A stretch of DNA of 64,000 nt. Origin: Negaprion brevirostris. Lineage: Eukaryota. The notes under the pieces were generated by a model, which saw only the letters and a list, made by a program, of their open reading frames with translations, was not told the DNA's origin and made no database searches. The stretch is taken from positions 77,814,252 through 77,878,251 of the forward strand of contig JARDVH010000132.1 of assembly GCA_030324005.1 (NCBI GenBank), read 5' to 3'. This document shows positions 12,850-27,257 of this stretch, one piece after another. Position 1 is the first letter of the stretch; every line of letters begins with the position of its first letter. The position numbers and the translations under genes are program-made.

Positions 12850-14200
12850 CATACCTAACATTCACCTCACACTTCGTACTGCTACAAGTCTCACACTCGC
12901 ATATCACAGCTTGTCTGCTTTTCGACCATGTCGCCAAAAACATTGCACCACATTCATTGACACGCTTCCCTCTCAAGGCACCACAGAACAGGGGGCAGCA
13001 GCACCTAACTGGCAAAGTTGTACATCTTTGTTCCAATGGAGCAGATACCAAGTCACTATTATAGAAGCGACCGTGACCGAGGATGGAGCAAAAGATGGGG
13101 CTGAAACCATTAAAAATGATGGAATCCTCGTAATTGATCCTCGTCCTCATGTCATACTTGCCCCTCATCTTACAATCCTACCCTTGTGCCAAGTTAACCA
13201 AAAATTGCAACCTCGTCAGGCAGTGTCAGCAAGAAGACAGTGATGAATAAGAAACACCATCACCCCCTTTCATACTGACAACCACCAGTTCAGACATAGA
13301 CATTGCATACTTCAAAGAACAGGTTGGAAATGGGATCTGCATGTGGTAAGATTTGCAGAAAGAGTGGACTACATCTGGGGGTGGGGGAAGGGATTGTGCA
13401 GGTGTCAACTCATCAGAGAGAAGAGTCGCTCACCAGTTATACTGCAGAACTCTGAATTGAGGACTCTGTTGTAGCAAATTAAAAAATACATTTTAATGTT
13501 TGGTGTCTTGTCAAGCCTACCAGAAAGCCTGCAGTCAATTTCAAGGAGCATGGAGGAGTCTGGCATTAACTTAGCTCAAGGCTTTGCACAGAATTTGGAG
13601 TCCATCTTTGCAGCATGAAAAGGGTGACCACTTCCATTTGCAGATCCAACCTAACTGCAGCAACTAACAGCTGACTTTTCTGTTTACATTGTAGCACAAA
13701 AGAATCCACCCAACATTCAGAAGCTCAGCTTGTTGCCGCACATAAGTTTGGCTAACTGCCATGCAAGCTTATATCACAATTACAATTACCAACGTTCAAA
13801 GTGGCTTGCTGGCTGTCACAGCATTCAATGATCTGTCCTCCAACATATTCTAAGATTGCTGAGGTACTTCCCTCTACCAGTGGCTATATGGAGCGTATTC
13901 GTCCTGTTAGGAGACAGCATTTTGTCCTCCCACCACTGTCACTTCACTTGCTGTTGTCTGACAGTCATGATGTGGGTGTACTGTGTCTGACAGTCAGGCA
14001 GACAAGATTGCTGCCACCAGTACCAGGATGGTGCGGTCTGAAGCTGGGCCTTCCAGGGTGAGAACTGCTCATGTTCATGCAAGGCCATCTGCAGTCTGCC
14101 CCTTTGAATGTTACCAGCTGTGCTAGGGTAACACTATGTAGGAGCACTGGGAGAGACAAAGTCACATGGAATGCAGTGAATGCAGAGGGGTGATTAGTTA
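12850..14200 (+). mobile_element. Harbinger transposon Myb/SANT-like gene remnant (3' part)
   Basis: Colinear similarity to 40650-41640, for example ggagcatggaggagtc...aaggctttgcacagaatttggagtccatcttt versus ggagcacggaagaattc...agggccttgcacaaagtttggaacctatccttt, and gcaaggccatctgca in both. Confidence 0.55.
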
Positions 14201-14410
14201 ATGTTTGTGTGCCATATGGCATGGTTTGATTTATAAATTTGGCTTGCAATGTTTATTTCGAGGTGGCTTTTAAAGTTTGAACTTTGATCTAGAGGACCCT
14301 CAGTCAGTGACATGGGAAGGTAAGGCATAGGACTTGTGGTGATTGGGGAATTGGGGTTGTGTTTACTGGCGTCATAGTAGTATGAGTCAACCATAACCTA
14401 GCCAGAAAGG

Positions 14411-15070
14411 TTAGTTGCCTCCTCCTCTTACTTTACTGTTCACCATATGGCTGGTGACATGGGCTGCAACCTCATGATGGCGACATTGTGCAACATGCAG
14501 AAACCACTTAGAGTCATCCAGACAGTGGAAGCATCTGTTAAGCTCCTCAATCATCTGCTTTATCACATTTTGTGTGATGACATGGCTTTGATTGTATGAA
14601 TGCTGATGACATATGCATGCGTTGGTCACTGGAGTCGAGAACCATGTGGTCAGCTGATGACCTTTGTCATCCAATAGCCACCCTCTACTTTGCTGTGGTG
14701 GCTCAAATGCATGGTACAGAGGATTTCAAAGAATGAAGACTGCTGCCAGGATATCAGGCATTGACCAACATGATAGACTTGTCTGGGTATACTCTAGCCA
14801 GATGCTGAGGTGGTGGAAAACTTTGGTTGCAGTAAATCTTAGAATGGGCATGCAGCACTCACGAAGCTTTGTGAATCTACACATTCACTCTGTTTCTCTC
14901 TGGCAAGAGAGACGTCAGTGCTCTCGGAATACAGAGCTTCAGTGATCCCATTTTGAAACAGTGGACTGGGGATATGTCGCAAATATCGCCTGTCTCAACC
15001 TGGAAGGAGCCAGATGTATAAAGGTTCCTGACCCTAATCACCTTCACACCCACTGGTATCATCTCTCTAT
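14411..15070 (-). mobile_element. Harbinger (PIF/HARBI1-like, DDE_Tnp_4) transposase pseudogene
   Basis: Minus-strand motifs in the expected order: IPVGVKVIRVRNLYTSGSFQVETGDICDIS; KVFHHLSIWL; IMLVNA*YPGSS; WLLDDKGHQLTTWFSTPV...YNQSHVITQNVIKQMIEELNRCFHCLD. Contains stops and frameshifts. Confidence 0.8.
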
Positions 15071-15769
15071 TCTGCCGCTCTACTCTGCGTTTGCAGTCAT
15101 GGCTCTGGTGGGTGGTAGATCTCAGAAGGAAGATTTCACTGAAGTGGAGACATCTGACAAGTGGAAATTGAGGTAAGTTCGAGAATTGCTCCCTGGGCAG
15201 ATATGGTCTCCTGCTAAGGGCCCTTCTCCCCTCCTACCCCGTCCTGTTCCAGCTCTTGTCCTGTTCTGTGTATCTTCTTGTCATGTTCTCTGCCATGGTG
15301 TAGTCCAAGGCAGGTGCATGCTACTGGAGCATGTGTGTTGTCCAGAATCCCTGAAGTCAGAAGACAGTCCTTCATTGTCTGTTACAGCACTCCTTGCAAA
15401 CTTCAGCGAAGTTAGACAACTCTGAAAAGCATCAAACATCTCTACAATCAAAGCAACAACTAGCAGAACTCAATCAACTCCCAACCTGGAGCCACTTAAA
15501 GCAGGAAGAGAGATTGTGTTTGGGGGGGTTGGGGGGATAGGCTGGTAATGGGCAGAGTGCAACATTGGCTTCCACGTGTGAGCTGACATGCAATTCATCC
15601 AAAATTAAACAGCTGCCCCTCCCTGCCTCTAATGCAAATATTTAAATTTCTTTCAGTGAACATGCATCCCCTGAACGTGCAGCCAAATGTCGTCTTCAGG
15701 TGTTCTCCAAGAATCAGCAAGTAAATCTCAGTTACAATATTACCCTGCCAGTGAATGGGCTGCATGGGC

Positions 15770-15900
15770 AATGGCGGCAAATACTGTCCAGGCCATTGGA
15801 GTTTGCTCCCATTGTTATTTCAAAATAATGCCATAGGGTCTTTCATACCTGCCAGAAAAGACAAAAGGTCCGACTCATCCAACAGTGCAATTTCTTACCT
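15770..15900 (-). mobile_element. DeuSINE (SacSINE1/AmnSINE1-like) Deu-domain fragment
   Basis: ccaggccattggag...ttcaaaataatgccatagggtctttcat...caacagtgca is similar to 38900-39050. Confidence 0.5.
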
Positions 15901-16711
15901 CAGCTGTTTACCACATCCTGTGAGCAGCATGATTTTTATGCAGAGGAAACCTATTGTGCAAGAAAACTAGGCCTATAAATGGAAACAAAACAGACAAAAG
16001 GAAAGCAGTCAAAAAAAATGGGACGTAGGGCAGATGTGATGTTGCAGAGTAAGTGAAGTGTTACATCACGAAGAAATTCACTCCAAAATCAAGGATTTTG
16101 AATACAAAGATGATGTATTCAAGAAACCATGATAATTAATTCAGAATCCAAGTCTTCAGACATGCTAATAAATACATTGGGCAATCACCTAATTAACCCA
16201 AAGTCCAGGGATCTGGATTTGACAACAATCACAGTTGCTGATAGTTTCACACAAGCCGCCACATCTAGCCTAGTTCAGAAACGCACAAATGTGTTGCATT
16301 CAGTTTGGTCATGGCTGGTTGAGGTGCTTCTAATAAAGAAACACTTAAGTTAATCAGACAGAATCGTGCAACATGGCAGGGCACAATGTACAGGAGTGCA
16401 TACAAAGTGGTTTGGTGTTTCAGTATTGAATCTTTCCCAGCTAAAGTCACAGTTTTATCAATTACTTCCTCCTTGGGTACAAGGCTTATTGAATATTAGT
16501 ATAACCAGGACTGTCAAACTTACTATAGCCTGATATTAAACTACTACTAAATTATTGATCAAAGTAATCAATTTCTGATTTTTTTCCCCATTCATAAACT
16601 GAGCTGGATCCAATTAATTTTTGATATAAAGGGCACAGTTCACACTGGAATTACCCTTTTTGATGACATTATTATGTCAATCAGCTGATAGTTACAGTCA
16701 AGTATTTTCGC

Positions 16712-16880
16712 TGAATCATAGAATGGTTATGGTGCAGAAGGAGGCTATTTGGTCCATCATATTGCGCTGGTTCTCCAAAGGAGCGTTGTAGCTTAGTGCC
16801 ATTCCCCTGCCTTTTCCCCATATCCTTGCACATTGTTCCTATTCAAGTACTCACCTAATGTTCACTTGAATGCCTCAAAT
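16712..16880 (-). mobile_element. CR1 3' UTR fragment
   Basis: gaatcatagaatggttatggtgcagaaggaggctatttggtccatc... is the reverse complement of the CR1/HE1-type tail. Confidence 0.7.
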
Positions 16881-17399
16881 GCCTTTTCTAGATATTTCCT
16901 TTAAGCAGGAGATAATAACCATTTAGGGAACAACAAAACAGCTTCAATTTAGAAGTCTAGGAACTGGTTTTAACACGAAGCAAATGGATTTTGAATGAGT
17001 TAAAGCCTCATGAGTCCATGTCTGGTATCTAATTTACCAAAGTAAATTCTATTGAAGAGAAATTACCACCACAGTGGAAAACTTGCACATCAAATCATGG
17101 AACAGGAATGTTGTATTAGGTCAGTCCTGGGTGCATCAGCTGTTAATTGTGTCCAAAATTGCATTACCTTACAAAGGATTTCTTGCTCTCAAACTCACTT
17201 GCATAGCACTGCTTATAAAATCTGCCCTGAATCAATGAAAACTGGGAGTTTTTTGATTTTTAAAAGAGTTTTAGTTTTCGCGAAGATTCTATGTTATATT
17301 TTAGAGTGGTAATTTAATGTAGTTTTATTAATGTGACTGCAAATGAATCTATCACAAAAAAATAAGAATTTTACATAATGTCCCTTTTGGGTGACATCT

Positions 17400-17998
17400 G
17401 GACAGCTCCTCTTGTTAAGGTTTAGGTTTCCCTTGTGAAAAGTATCCTGTTACCTGGGAGCCCGAGGGCGAGTTTAGATACCTGGGCTTTGTTTTGTTTG
17501 CACATCCCATGAGGATATGTATCTCTGCTCCTGTTATCTTGTGTGTGAGAGTGTACGCTGTCATGGCACATCTTGCATTTGGATTTGTATCCTGAGAATT
17601 CCCTCTCTCTCTGGGTTATCCTTTCATTGTTTGGAGGTTTTGGGGTGCTGTATTAGGCTCCAATTGGTTGTGCTTGGCCCCACGGAGCCTCCCTTATGCT
17701 GTGTAGCTCAATTCTTGTTATCCCCTGGATGCGGGTGTGCACCATTGTGCCATGTGCTTTATTCTGATATTTCCCACTTTTTGCGACATCATCTTTTCAT
17801 TATATGTGCAAAGGAGGGCACCAATTACAATAAATTGTAACTGATAATCTGAACAAATTTTAATGATATTTGTGATCTTCTCTAAGTATATTTGGAATGC
17901 TGATTATGATGTGCTGTACTGGATTTTGGGGATGGGGGTTGGTATTTTGTGTTATTTGGTTAACAAAAGGAAAATCTTCAATAAAACATTTTCAAAAC
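17400..17998 (+). mobile_element. Possible highly degenerate L1/Tx1 LINE remnant
   Basis: FRYLG motif (tttagatacctggg), a G/T-rich 3' region and terminal aaaatcttcaataaaacattttcaaaa. Confidence 0.3.
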
Positions 17999-19904
17999 AT
18001 TAAGTACAAGTTGGAGATGTCTAGAAGAGGAGGCTGAACAAAAAAAACAGCTATCAGCAGTCACACAGCATTACCAAGCCACAGAGATGAACTTGCATAT
18101 TAGTAACGGTGCTGCAAAGGAAAGTGAACACTTTGTAGTGTAGGAGTTTATGAATACTGTATTGCATCTAAAGAAATTGCTACAGCATCAAACTAAAGCG
18201 TTGGCTACAGTTCAGCAATCTGAAGAAATACTGACATTAGTTTGCTTTCATATTACAACTAAGTCTTGTCTAGTAAAAATGCTGATGTTGAACTGTCAAA
18301 GTCTGCAGACGCGGTAACTCCATAGGAACTTTCTATAAATCCATGTCCTGAAGTTTTTTCCATTGTTGATGACGGTGCAATCCTATTTTCTGCAACTGAT
18401 CCTGAGATCCTATTTTCTGCAGCAGAGCAGCATCACACTGAAGCAAGTGCGGAATTGACACCATCACCTATATTAAGAGAAATTCCTGCTCTCAGAGTAA
18501 GAGGGAAGTTCTCCTTTCCTCATTTCTAGCAGTGTCTTAAGGATTTTCTTCTTTTTTTAATCTAGCAGACTCATTCCTCACGCAGGTATTGAACACTTAC
18601 CTTGTTGACACAGCAGCGATGAATGATACAGCTGCAAGTCCTTTATTGGAGCCAAAAGTACATTACTTTATCAAGCTAGTGCTTTCATTTAGCCCAGTGT
18701 GCAACACAGAAGATGAGAGGGAGAATTTTAACGCTTTGTCTTTCTTTTCAAGAAGTTGTGGTCATTTGAATCCTGAAGGGTTCTCTCTTAAATCAGGTTT
18801 TCTTTGACTGCTGTTCATTACCTTTACACTCAGGTCATTGTCAGTGTCACAGTCCAGGCACCAGTTGTGAGTCAGGAGAAGCTGTTATCCCACTCCTCCA
18901 ATGTATTTGCCTTCCAAGTAGATGAAAAGGAAACACATACATCTTGCACGTCCTTCAAGAAAGCCAAGAGTACTATTGAGGCTTAACGTCTTGGGCAAAA
19001 CACACTTGGGAGAGGGGGGCGGGGCATCCAAAACTAGGGCATAATAAATTTCTACCCGTCTGACCCTTTCCTGAAATCTGTCATAGAATCCTCTTTAAGC
19101 GGACCATGCTTGGGCTATTTTTCTAAAATCATGTTTTAATCGTAAGTAAATTTGTAACGAGGGTGATGTATAACATAACAAAGTAATTTTGTTTTTACCT
19201 GCACCATCACATTATTTATGAGTCAGGTAAAGTGCCTTACAAGTACTTTACATAGGTGAAGCTGGAACCACAAAATTGTGGAAGGGAACTTCAAGTTATG
19301 GATAACAAATTGAAGTTTATATTTTCACAAATAAAGAATCTCACTGTCTGTTTTATTGGGCCCATAACACTAGTCAGTGATAGGGCAGGGAAGAGAAATT
19401 TCACATTCAAAAACAGTTAGTAGGGGAACCTGCTGCCCTAGCTATCAATCTAGCTGATGAGGTACAGCATCTGTAACACATCCAACACAGGTAGAGCAAA
19501 ATGTCACCCTGGCTAAATTATGATTGATGCACAGTCATACTCATGGATTTTACAGCAATAAAAAAAAAATGGTTAAAAATAAAATCTTTAGATTTAGCCA
19601 AAGAGTGTATTAATTTTAATGTGAACTTTTAAACTTGTTAGAAAATGGAGAGAGTGGTCTGTCCCTTATCTCAAAATACTTTGTTTGCTGAGCTTACAGT
19701 CTGAAAATGTAGTCTTTCATTGTAGCGAATGGTATTTCAAGTTACAAGTGATTCAAAGGATTGATGTGTGTAATTCTCAATGACAGTGATTCTCACCCAT
19801 GACACTCATCTGAGGTGAAACAGTTCTGAAAGGCTGCGGATTATCTTTCTGCCCAAGCAGCCTAGGCTTATCAGAACAGACGGCGCAAACTGTAGCCTAT
19901 CAGG

Positions 19905-21150
19905 TGTTAGGGTGTGGGTCTGGAACCTGCAGTGTGAGCCTGGGAGTCAGTGGGATTAGATCCGTATCTGTACTGAGGTTGCCTGTGTACAGTTATAATC
20001 ATCATTCAATAAGTCACCGTTGTGATTTAAGACCTCCTTGTCGTATTACCACACGCTACAATATTGGCGACAGGAATAAATCAGCCTGCATTTGCAAAAA
20101 AGTTAAGATTTGGAGGGAGAAGGTGAGTCCCGGAAAATCTGCAAGGAAAGTAAAAAGCCCTTGGTACCAACCATAATTGAGTAGCTATTGTACTGTTCGG
20201 GAAAAGCAATCCGTTTGATCTGGAGGTTGAAAGTTAGGGCCAGTACATCGAAAGACATCAATACCTTTTTTCTTTTGCAGCCAACAAAATAACTTTAGAA
20301 GAAAAGCAGAAAATTATAACATCTCTGAAAGTACCGTACATGAAATCCTTTGACCAGAAAGTGCGGGACCACTACAATCCTGACCCTCCATTATTGTGCA
20401 GCTCTATAAATTCCATTCAGCCATTAGGGTCCTGGGGAGCCAGTTTCTGCTTTTGTCAACAGGCTTCGCCAAATGACTAAACACTGAATTTGGCCCATCC
20501 TTAAGTGATGTGTTACGTGGCCATTTCATACTGGCATTAATAGTTTGAACATTCAGAAGCAGTTGCCGGCAGAAACTAAAATATCCCTGGACAAGGTGGC
20601 TTAATTGGCTCAAGCGACTGAAAGCACTGGACAACGTGTTTTTAAACTGCAAGGGTACAAGGTGAGGTGAATAAAATATGATAGGAAATGGTGGCTGCTC
20701 AAAATACTAGTAGTGAGGGCACAACAGAGCCTGAGAAAAGGAAGAAGTGAAGTCGTCAGCCACATAGGTTTGATAATGTATTATTATTGTAAGAGAGACC
20801 ATCCCCAAAACAGATGCAAATATAAAGAGTTCATTTGTTTCAGTTGCAGTTGGAAGAGTCATATACACGTCAGATGGCGATGGTACCCAGAAAAAGAAAC
20901 AATGATTCCAGTGAATAGGCTTCAGGAAGATTTGGAAGAGGAGTCCAAAGTTTATAAACTCAACATTGTAAAGTTAAATAAAACACCCCCATTAAAATTG
21001 CCCTTATGTTTAATGGGCATCTATTATGATGAAGGCCAATACAGGTGCTTTGGCCGTGGTACTATGAGAGAAAACCTGCAAGTACTTACAGGGAGGTTTT
21101 CAACCCTTAAGGCTCAATAGTACAATGGCCAAGTTGGTAACCTATGTTGT
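19905..21150 (+). mobile_element. Gypsy (Ty3) LTR retrotransposon 5' portion: LTR, PBS, gag and start of protease
   Basis: LTR TG...acaata at 19905-20063 and PBS TGGCGACAGGA at 20065-20075. Gag start is LFGKSNPFDLEVES*GQYIER, with a Cys/His knuckle YCKRDHPQNRCKYKEFICFSCSWKSH and a degenerate protease MKANTGA. Confidence 0.8.
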
Positions 21151-21171
21151 ATATTGATATAGATGACGAAC

Positions 21172-21952
21172 ATTGTTGTTTGTCATCTATATCAATGATC
21201 TGGATGATAAAGTGGTAAATTGGATCAGCAAATTTGCTGATGATACAAAGATTGGAGGAGTAGTGGACAGTGAGGAAGGTTTTCAAAGCTTGNNNNNNNN
21301 NNNNNNNNNNNNNNNNNNNNNNNNNNNNNNNNNNNNNNNNNNNNNNNNNNNNNNNNNNNNNNNNNNNNNNNNNNNNNNNNNNNNNNNNNNNNAGACATTA
21401 ATAAGGCCACACTTGGAATACTGGTCACCCTATTATAGATACTATTAAACTAGAAAGAGTGCAGAAGAGATTTACTAGGATGCCTCTGGGACTTGATGGA
21501 TTGAGTTATAAGGAGAGGCTGAATAGACTTGGACTTTTTTCTCTGGAGCGTAGGAGGCTGAGGGGTGACCTTATAGAGGTTTATAAAATAATGAAGACAT
21601 AGACAAAGTAGATAGTCAATATCTTTTCCCAAAGGTAGGGGAGTCTAAAACTAGAGGGCATAGGTGTAAGGTGAGAAGGGAGAAAAACAAAGTGTCCAGA
21701 GGGGTAAATTTTTCACAAAGAAGCTGGTGAGTGCCTGGAACAAGCTGTCAGAGGTAGCAGTAGAGGCGGGCACAATTTTATCTTTTAAAAAGCATTTAGA
21801 TTGTTACATGGATACGATGGGTATAGAGGGATATGGGCCAATGTGGGCAATTGGAATTAGTTAAGGGGTTTAAAAAAAAAAGGGCGGCATGGACAAGTTG
21901 GGCTGAAGGGCCTGTTTCCATGCTGTAAACCTCTATGACCCTATGACTGTGA
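21172..21952 (+). mobile_element. CR1 (HER1-like) LINE 3' half inserted into the Gypsy element
   Basis: LFVIYINDLDDKVVNWISKFADDTKIGG (RT FADD), TLIRPHLEY, and a 3' UTR ending ctatgaccctatgact. Confidence 0.9.
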
Positions 21953-22836
21953 CTCACTGACTACCATCCTCCAGTGACAAAAAAGTTATTGCTGCCATGG
22001 AAAAGTGTACATCGGATTTATTATTGGAGGAGAAAAACAAGTGAAGCTTCCNNNNNNNNNNNNNNNNNNNNNNNNNNNNNNNNNNNNNNNNNNNNNNNNN
22101 NNNNNNNNNNNNNNNNNNNNNNNNNNNNNNNNNNNNNNNNNNNNNNNNNNNNNNNNNNNNNNNNNNNNNNNNNNNNNNNNNNNNNNNNNNNNNNNNNNNN
22201 NNNNNNNNNNNNNNNNNNNNNNNNNNNNNNNNNNNNNNNNNNNNNNNNNNNNNNNNNNNNNNNNNNNNNNNNNNNNNNNNNNNNNNNNNNNNNNNNNNNN
22301 NNNNNNNNNNNNNNNNNNNNNNNNNNNNNNNNNNNNNNNNNNNNNNNNNNNNNNNNNNNNNNNNNNNNNNNNNNNNNNNNNNNNNNNNNNNNNNNNNNNN
22401 NNNNNNNNNNNNNNNNNNNNNNNNNNNNNNNNNNNNNNNNNNNNNNNNNNNNNNNNNNNNNNNNNNNNNNNNNNNNNNNNNNNNNNNNNNNNNNNNNNNN
22501 NNNNNNNNNNNNNNNNNNNNNNNNNNNNNNNNNNNNNNNNNNNNNNNNNNNNNNNNNNNNNNNNNNNNNNNNNNNNNNNNNNNNNNNNNNNNNNNNNNNN
22601 NNNNNNNNNNNNNNNNNNNNNNNNNNNNNNNNNNNNNNNNNNNNNNNNNNNNNNNNNNNNNNNNNNNNNNNNNNNNNNNNNNNNNNNNNNNNNNNNNNNN
22701 NNNNNNNNNNNNNNNNNNNNNNNNNNNNNNNNNNNNNNNNNNNNNNNNNNNNNNNNNNNNNNNNNNNNNNNNNNNNNNNNNNNNNNNNNNNNNNNNNNNN
22801 NNNNNNNNNNNNNNNNNNNNNNNNNNNNNNNNNNNN

Positions 22837-23545
22837 ACAGAGGTGACAAAAGTGGTAAATAGGGGATGTCATTTATATAGGCTTGCAGAAGGATTTGATA
22901 AAGCCCCTGCTTTATAAGAAACTGCTGGCTCAAGTTGAAGATAAATTATTGACCTGATTGGGAAATTGGCTGAGTGGCAGGGCTAATGGGCTGATACACA
23001 CAGAACCTGAATGTGACGCATGATATCCTAAAAGGATATGTTTTGGGCCATAGCTATTCACCACATGTAATAATAACATAGATGATGGAACGGAAAACTA
23101 CATGTCCAAATTTACTACTGGCATATGATGGAGGATATTGTACACAGTGTAAAAGGAAGCATAAAATCACAAGGAAATTTTAATAGTTTAAATGAATAGG
23201 CAAACTGTGACAAATGGATTTCAAATGTGATGTTAATGACTTTAGCCCTAGAAAGGATGGAGCAAGTTACTTTCTGAATAGTGGAAAAATAGAAACAGTG
23301 CATGTCCAAAAAGGCTTTGAGATTCAGTGATATAGATTGTTAAAATATCATGAACAGGTACAGAAAATAATTTAAAAGACTAATGAAGTCCTTGCCTTTA
23401 TATTTAGATGAATCAAATTCAAGGGGCTAGAAGTCATGCTTCAGCTTTGGAAAGCACTGTTTAGGTCACACCTGTGGCAATGGGAGTAGTTCTGGACATC
23501 GCACCTTAGAAAAATCATATTAAGCTTCAAGATGTGTAACGCAGA
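22837..23545 (+). mobile_element. Old CR1 RT fragment
   Basis: Degenerate DVIYIGLQKDLIK, GYVLGxxLF, MSKFTTGI and LWKALFRSHL motifs in CR1 order. Confidence 0.65.
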
Positions 23546-24139
23546 CTTACTGATTGATACCTGGGTTTGGATTTTTAGGCCCCAACACAGGCAGAACAGG
23601 AGGAAACAGCGTTACTATAGTCATGTCAATCAATGTGCGAGTTCCCCATCTCCATTCTGNNNNNNNNNNNNNNNNNNNNNNNNNNNNNNNNNNNNNNNNN
23701 NNNNNNNNNNNNNNNNNNNNNNNNNNNNNNNNNNNNNNNNNNNNNNNNNNNNNNNNNNNNNNNNNNNNNNNNNNNNNNNNNNNNNNNNNNNNNNNNNNNN
23801 NNNNNNNNNNNNNNNNNNNNNNNNNNNNNNNNNNNNNNNNNNNNNNNNNNNNNNNNNNNNNNNNNNNNNNNNNNNNNNNNNNNNNNNNNNNNNNNNNNNN
23901 NNNNNNNNNNNNNNNNNNNNNNNNNNNNNNNNNNNNNNNNNNNNNNNNNNNNNNNNNNNNNNNNNNNNNNNNNNNNNNNNNNNNNNNNNNNNNNNNGGCA
24001 CATCTTCCTAAATTGGATAGAGAGCACATCTTCTGACCATTAATTGGTTAATTCAAGAAAAGTCTCAGCTGAGTGATAGTCCTGGCTTCTGAAAACCACT
24101 TGAGCCTGATGGTGGGGTCCTGAAGCCCACAGAAAACTC

Positions 24140-24565
24140 TATTAAATTATGAGGAGTAATTCAACAAACTAGGTTCGTATTCGCTGGAATTTAGAAGCTT
24201 AGAGGGTGATTTGTTCAAAGTTTCCAAGGTTTGAAAGGATAGATAGAGAGAAATTATTTCTATCATTTGGAAAGTCTGGGACTGGGGGCACAGGCTGTAA
24301 ATTAAAGCCAGATTTTTCAGGGCTGAAATTAGGAAATATCTCTACACACAAAGAGTGATTGACATTTTGAATTCGCTGTTGCAAAAGCAAATTGATGCTA
24401 GATTAATTGTTCATTTTAAACTGAGATTGATAGACTTTTGTTAACCCAAGTTCTTAGAGGATATGGGCCAAAAGCACATTTTTGGAGTTAAGTTACAGAT
24501 CAGTCATAATCTCACTATATAGCAAAACAGGCTCCAGGGATTTAAGGTCTACTTCTGTTCCTCTG
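24140..24565 (+). mobile_element. CR1 3' end
   Basis: KLGSYSLEFRSLEGDLFKV followed by a CR1 3' UTR (agatcagtcataatctc...ctacttctgttcct). Confidence 0.75.
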
Positions 24566-27257
24566 AACAGGAGTTGGTGTGAGTTGGAATATAGACAGGA
24601 AAGTTTTAGATGAGCTTAACTTTTCAGAGGCTGGAAGATTGTTGGCTGGCCAGGATGGCATTGGAATAGTTGAAGGCACGGATGAGTGTTTCAGCAAAAA
24701 GTTAACTGAAGAAGGGTCAAAAATTATGACTTCATTCTTAGCTGAATCAGAGATGTGTGGACTTCATAAATAAAATTACCAGACACTTTTCCCATAAAGT
24801 CAGGGTCCCTTTACAAATTATACAAACTCGAGCAATGATCGATCTTCTGTAAAAGTCGATGAGCGACATTTGGACAAAAAATCTGAATATTTTGTACTCA
24901 CCGTCTGCTCACCACTGAAGTCAAACTCATTCTGATGCAAATCTACATATTGATAGGATAATACAATAGCAGAGCATTGAGGTTGGCTGTTCAGCTTCTC
25001 ATTTTTGTGCATGTCAACATGTGATGTCAAGGCCACCACCTCACTGGTATGCACTGCATTCCTGCCAATCCCATCCTTCAATATGGTATCAAGAAGGAAT
25101 GCCAAATACACAGCCCAGTTCAAACCTAAAGCCACTGAGATTGCAAAAGAGACAAATAACTGTGCAGCAGCTGGAGTATTCTAAGTATCAGAAAATAACA
25201 TTAGATATTGGAGGAAACTGTCTGCACAGATAGGCAGATTGCTAAAGAGTGATGTGCACAAGGCACTCCTCAGTTTGCAAGAGAGTTCAGGTTCAGTGCA
25301 ACACTACCATGGTGCTGCATTGCTCCTGATGCACTGTACACCCCTCTGCAGAGCAGACCAGTTCCTGCCCTCCACCTCCACGCCAAACTGGTTTTCATGG
25401 TCGGCACTGTCCTGCTGGACCCTTGATCTCTCCTATGTCACTATTTCAGTTCAGCACTGTAACTCAGGTCTATCCCCCTGGTGCCACACACCAGTATCTG
25501 CCTGTATGGCTCAGTGCTGCAGGACTCATGCAGTCACTCCAACAAAGGTCCAAAGTTCGACTGGGGGGTGGAGTGCAAGGTGAAACTAAGAATGGAGACT
25601 TGAGGGGTAGGGTGGGAGGAGGCTGGCCTGATGAAGATAAGAGTGGGGAAATGTACAAGAAGGGATATGCAAGCAGAGGAGAGACGGGTGAGGTCTCATG
25701 ATTGCAAGTAGAGGAATAAGCAGGTGGATGAAGACAATGAAGAATGAAAGGTAGAAGGAAGACAGAGGAGAGGGAAATTGGACCCCAACAAGGCTGCATG
25801 AAAAGCCCACAAACAAGGGAGTCAAAGGGATGCCAAATTGTATACTGGAAGGAGTGGCATGAAGAGTCCAGCAATGTTGGGTAGAAGTCCAAGTGATGCA
25901 TCGGTGCCTCACAGGTGAAGAGCTGGGGGAGGGAAGTTGAATTNNNNNNNNNNNNNNNNNNNNNNNNNNNTCTTTTTCATTTGGGTTGCTGACATTTTGC
26001 AACATCTGGTGAAGACAGGTGGACTGGAGAGAGTGTTGGACTGATATTTAAAGATGGTGCCAGGATGGGACTTTCAAACCCACCAGCTGATGACAGGCAA
26101 GTCAGCTGCCAGCTTGCCAGGTGACTTGGAGGGGAACTCACCTGTCCATAACTAATAAGGGTGCAAGTGCAGAATGCGATGCGGGATCCCACCAACAGGA
26201 AAGTTGCCACAGGAGATGCCCACTACCGCACTTTGTCTCAAAATGGAGAATTCCACCCTTACCTTCATCCTGAAACAAGCAAGAAAATTTGGCATTGCAG
26301 ATTTCAAAGTCAACCCGGGATGATGCACCAAGAATTTTGTACTGTGACAGTGACCAAGATCTCACGGCACCTCTCTGCAGAACCCAATGACAAGCTTCCC
26401 ATATTTCAGCTGTTTGTACACAAATGTCAACAGAAGGATGGATATAGATTGGCTGTGATTGGGGAAAATGGAGCAAACTCCCATGAATTTTGACATGCCA
26501 GCTAATGGGCTTAGTTGGAGAGAAAACAATGTTAGTAAAGACAACTGACCAGGAAAAAAACTGAATGAAATTGTATAAAGTTGAATATAAGACTTTTGTT
26601 TGTCATGAATTTGATCAATTTGATGAATTTTCATAAATGAATGTCTGTCTCTTTGGGGATTATTATTTATTTATTTAATAATAAAAATACACTTTCACTC
26701 TGCGCTAATTTGAGGGCAGGTTTGGTAGGAATAATTTCCACCTTGACAATTCTGTGATTGTAAGATGATGAGTGAGGGTGGCTTTGAAATTATTATCAAC
26801 CACCTACTTTTTGATGAAAAATTTTGCCTTTGAAGCTTTACTTTTACCTGAGTATATATGGTAATTATTACAAGGTAGGTTTGTTTAAATTAATCCAAAT
26901 ATCGCATAAATCGAAATACAAGTGTTAAACAGTCATATATGTCATTTTACATAGGATCTAAGAGATGATATACTAACATTTCTCCTAGAGATTATGGGCA
27001 ATATATTTTATTAAAATTAAATAAACCTCACTAGCTCACACGTGTAAGTCCTAAATGATACTTTATAAATAATAGCATTATGTTTCCACCCTCTAAGAAA
27101 GCTCCTACATGACCGCACATATTAAGTAGTAGTTATATCTTTAAATAATAAGCATTTGAAGCAAAACTATGTTCTTTGAGTGTTTTTAATACCTGCTTCA
27201 CTTCCACTGTTCTACTTGTTGGAAAACAGTTAGATTGACAAGTAACAGGGAGGCTTT

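Noticed and set aside
12770-13243. Overlapping 132-aa and 155-aa ORFs
   Set aside because: They overlap a SINE tail and decayed Harbinger-associated sequence, with no protein family signature.
21974-24043. Long ORFs of 120-315 aa in several frames
   Set aside because: They consist almost entirely of X across N gaps and are artefacts. The same applies to most ORFs at 45640-46722 and 60087-60814.
24900-26500. Possible additional Harbinger/Myb remnant with several 100-140 aa ORFs
   Set aside because: The composition suggests a decayed transposon, but I could not read convincing conserved motifs.
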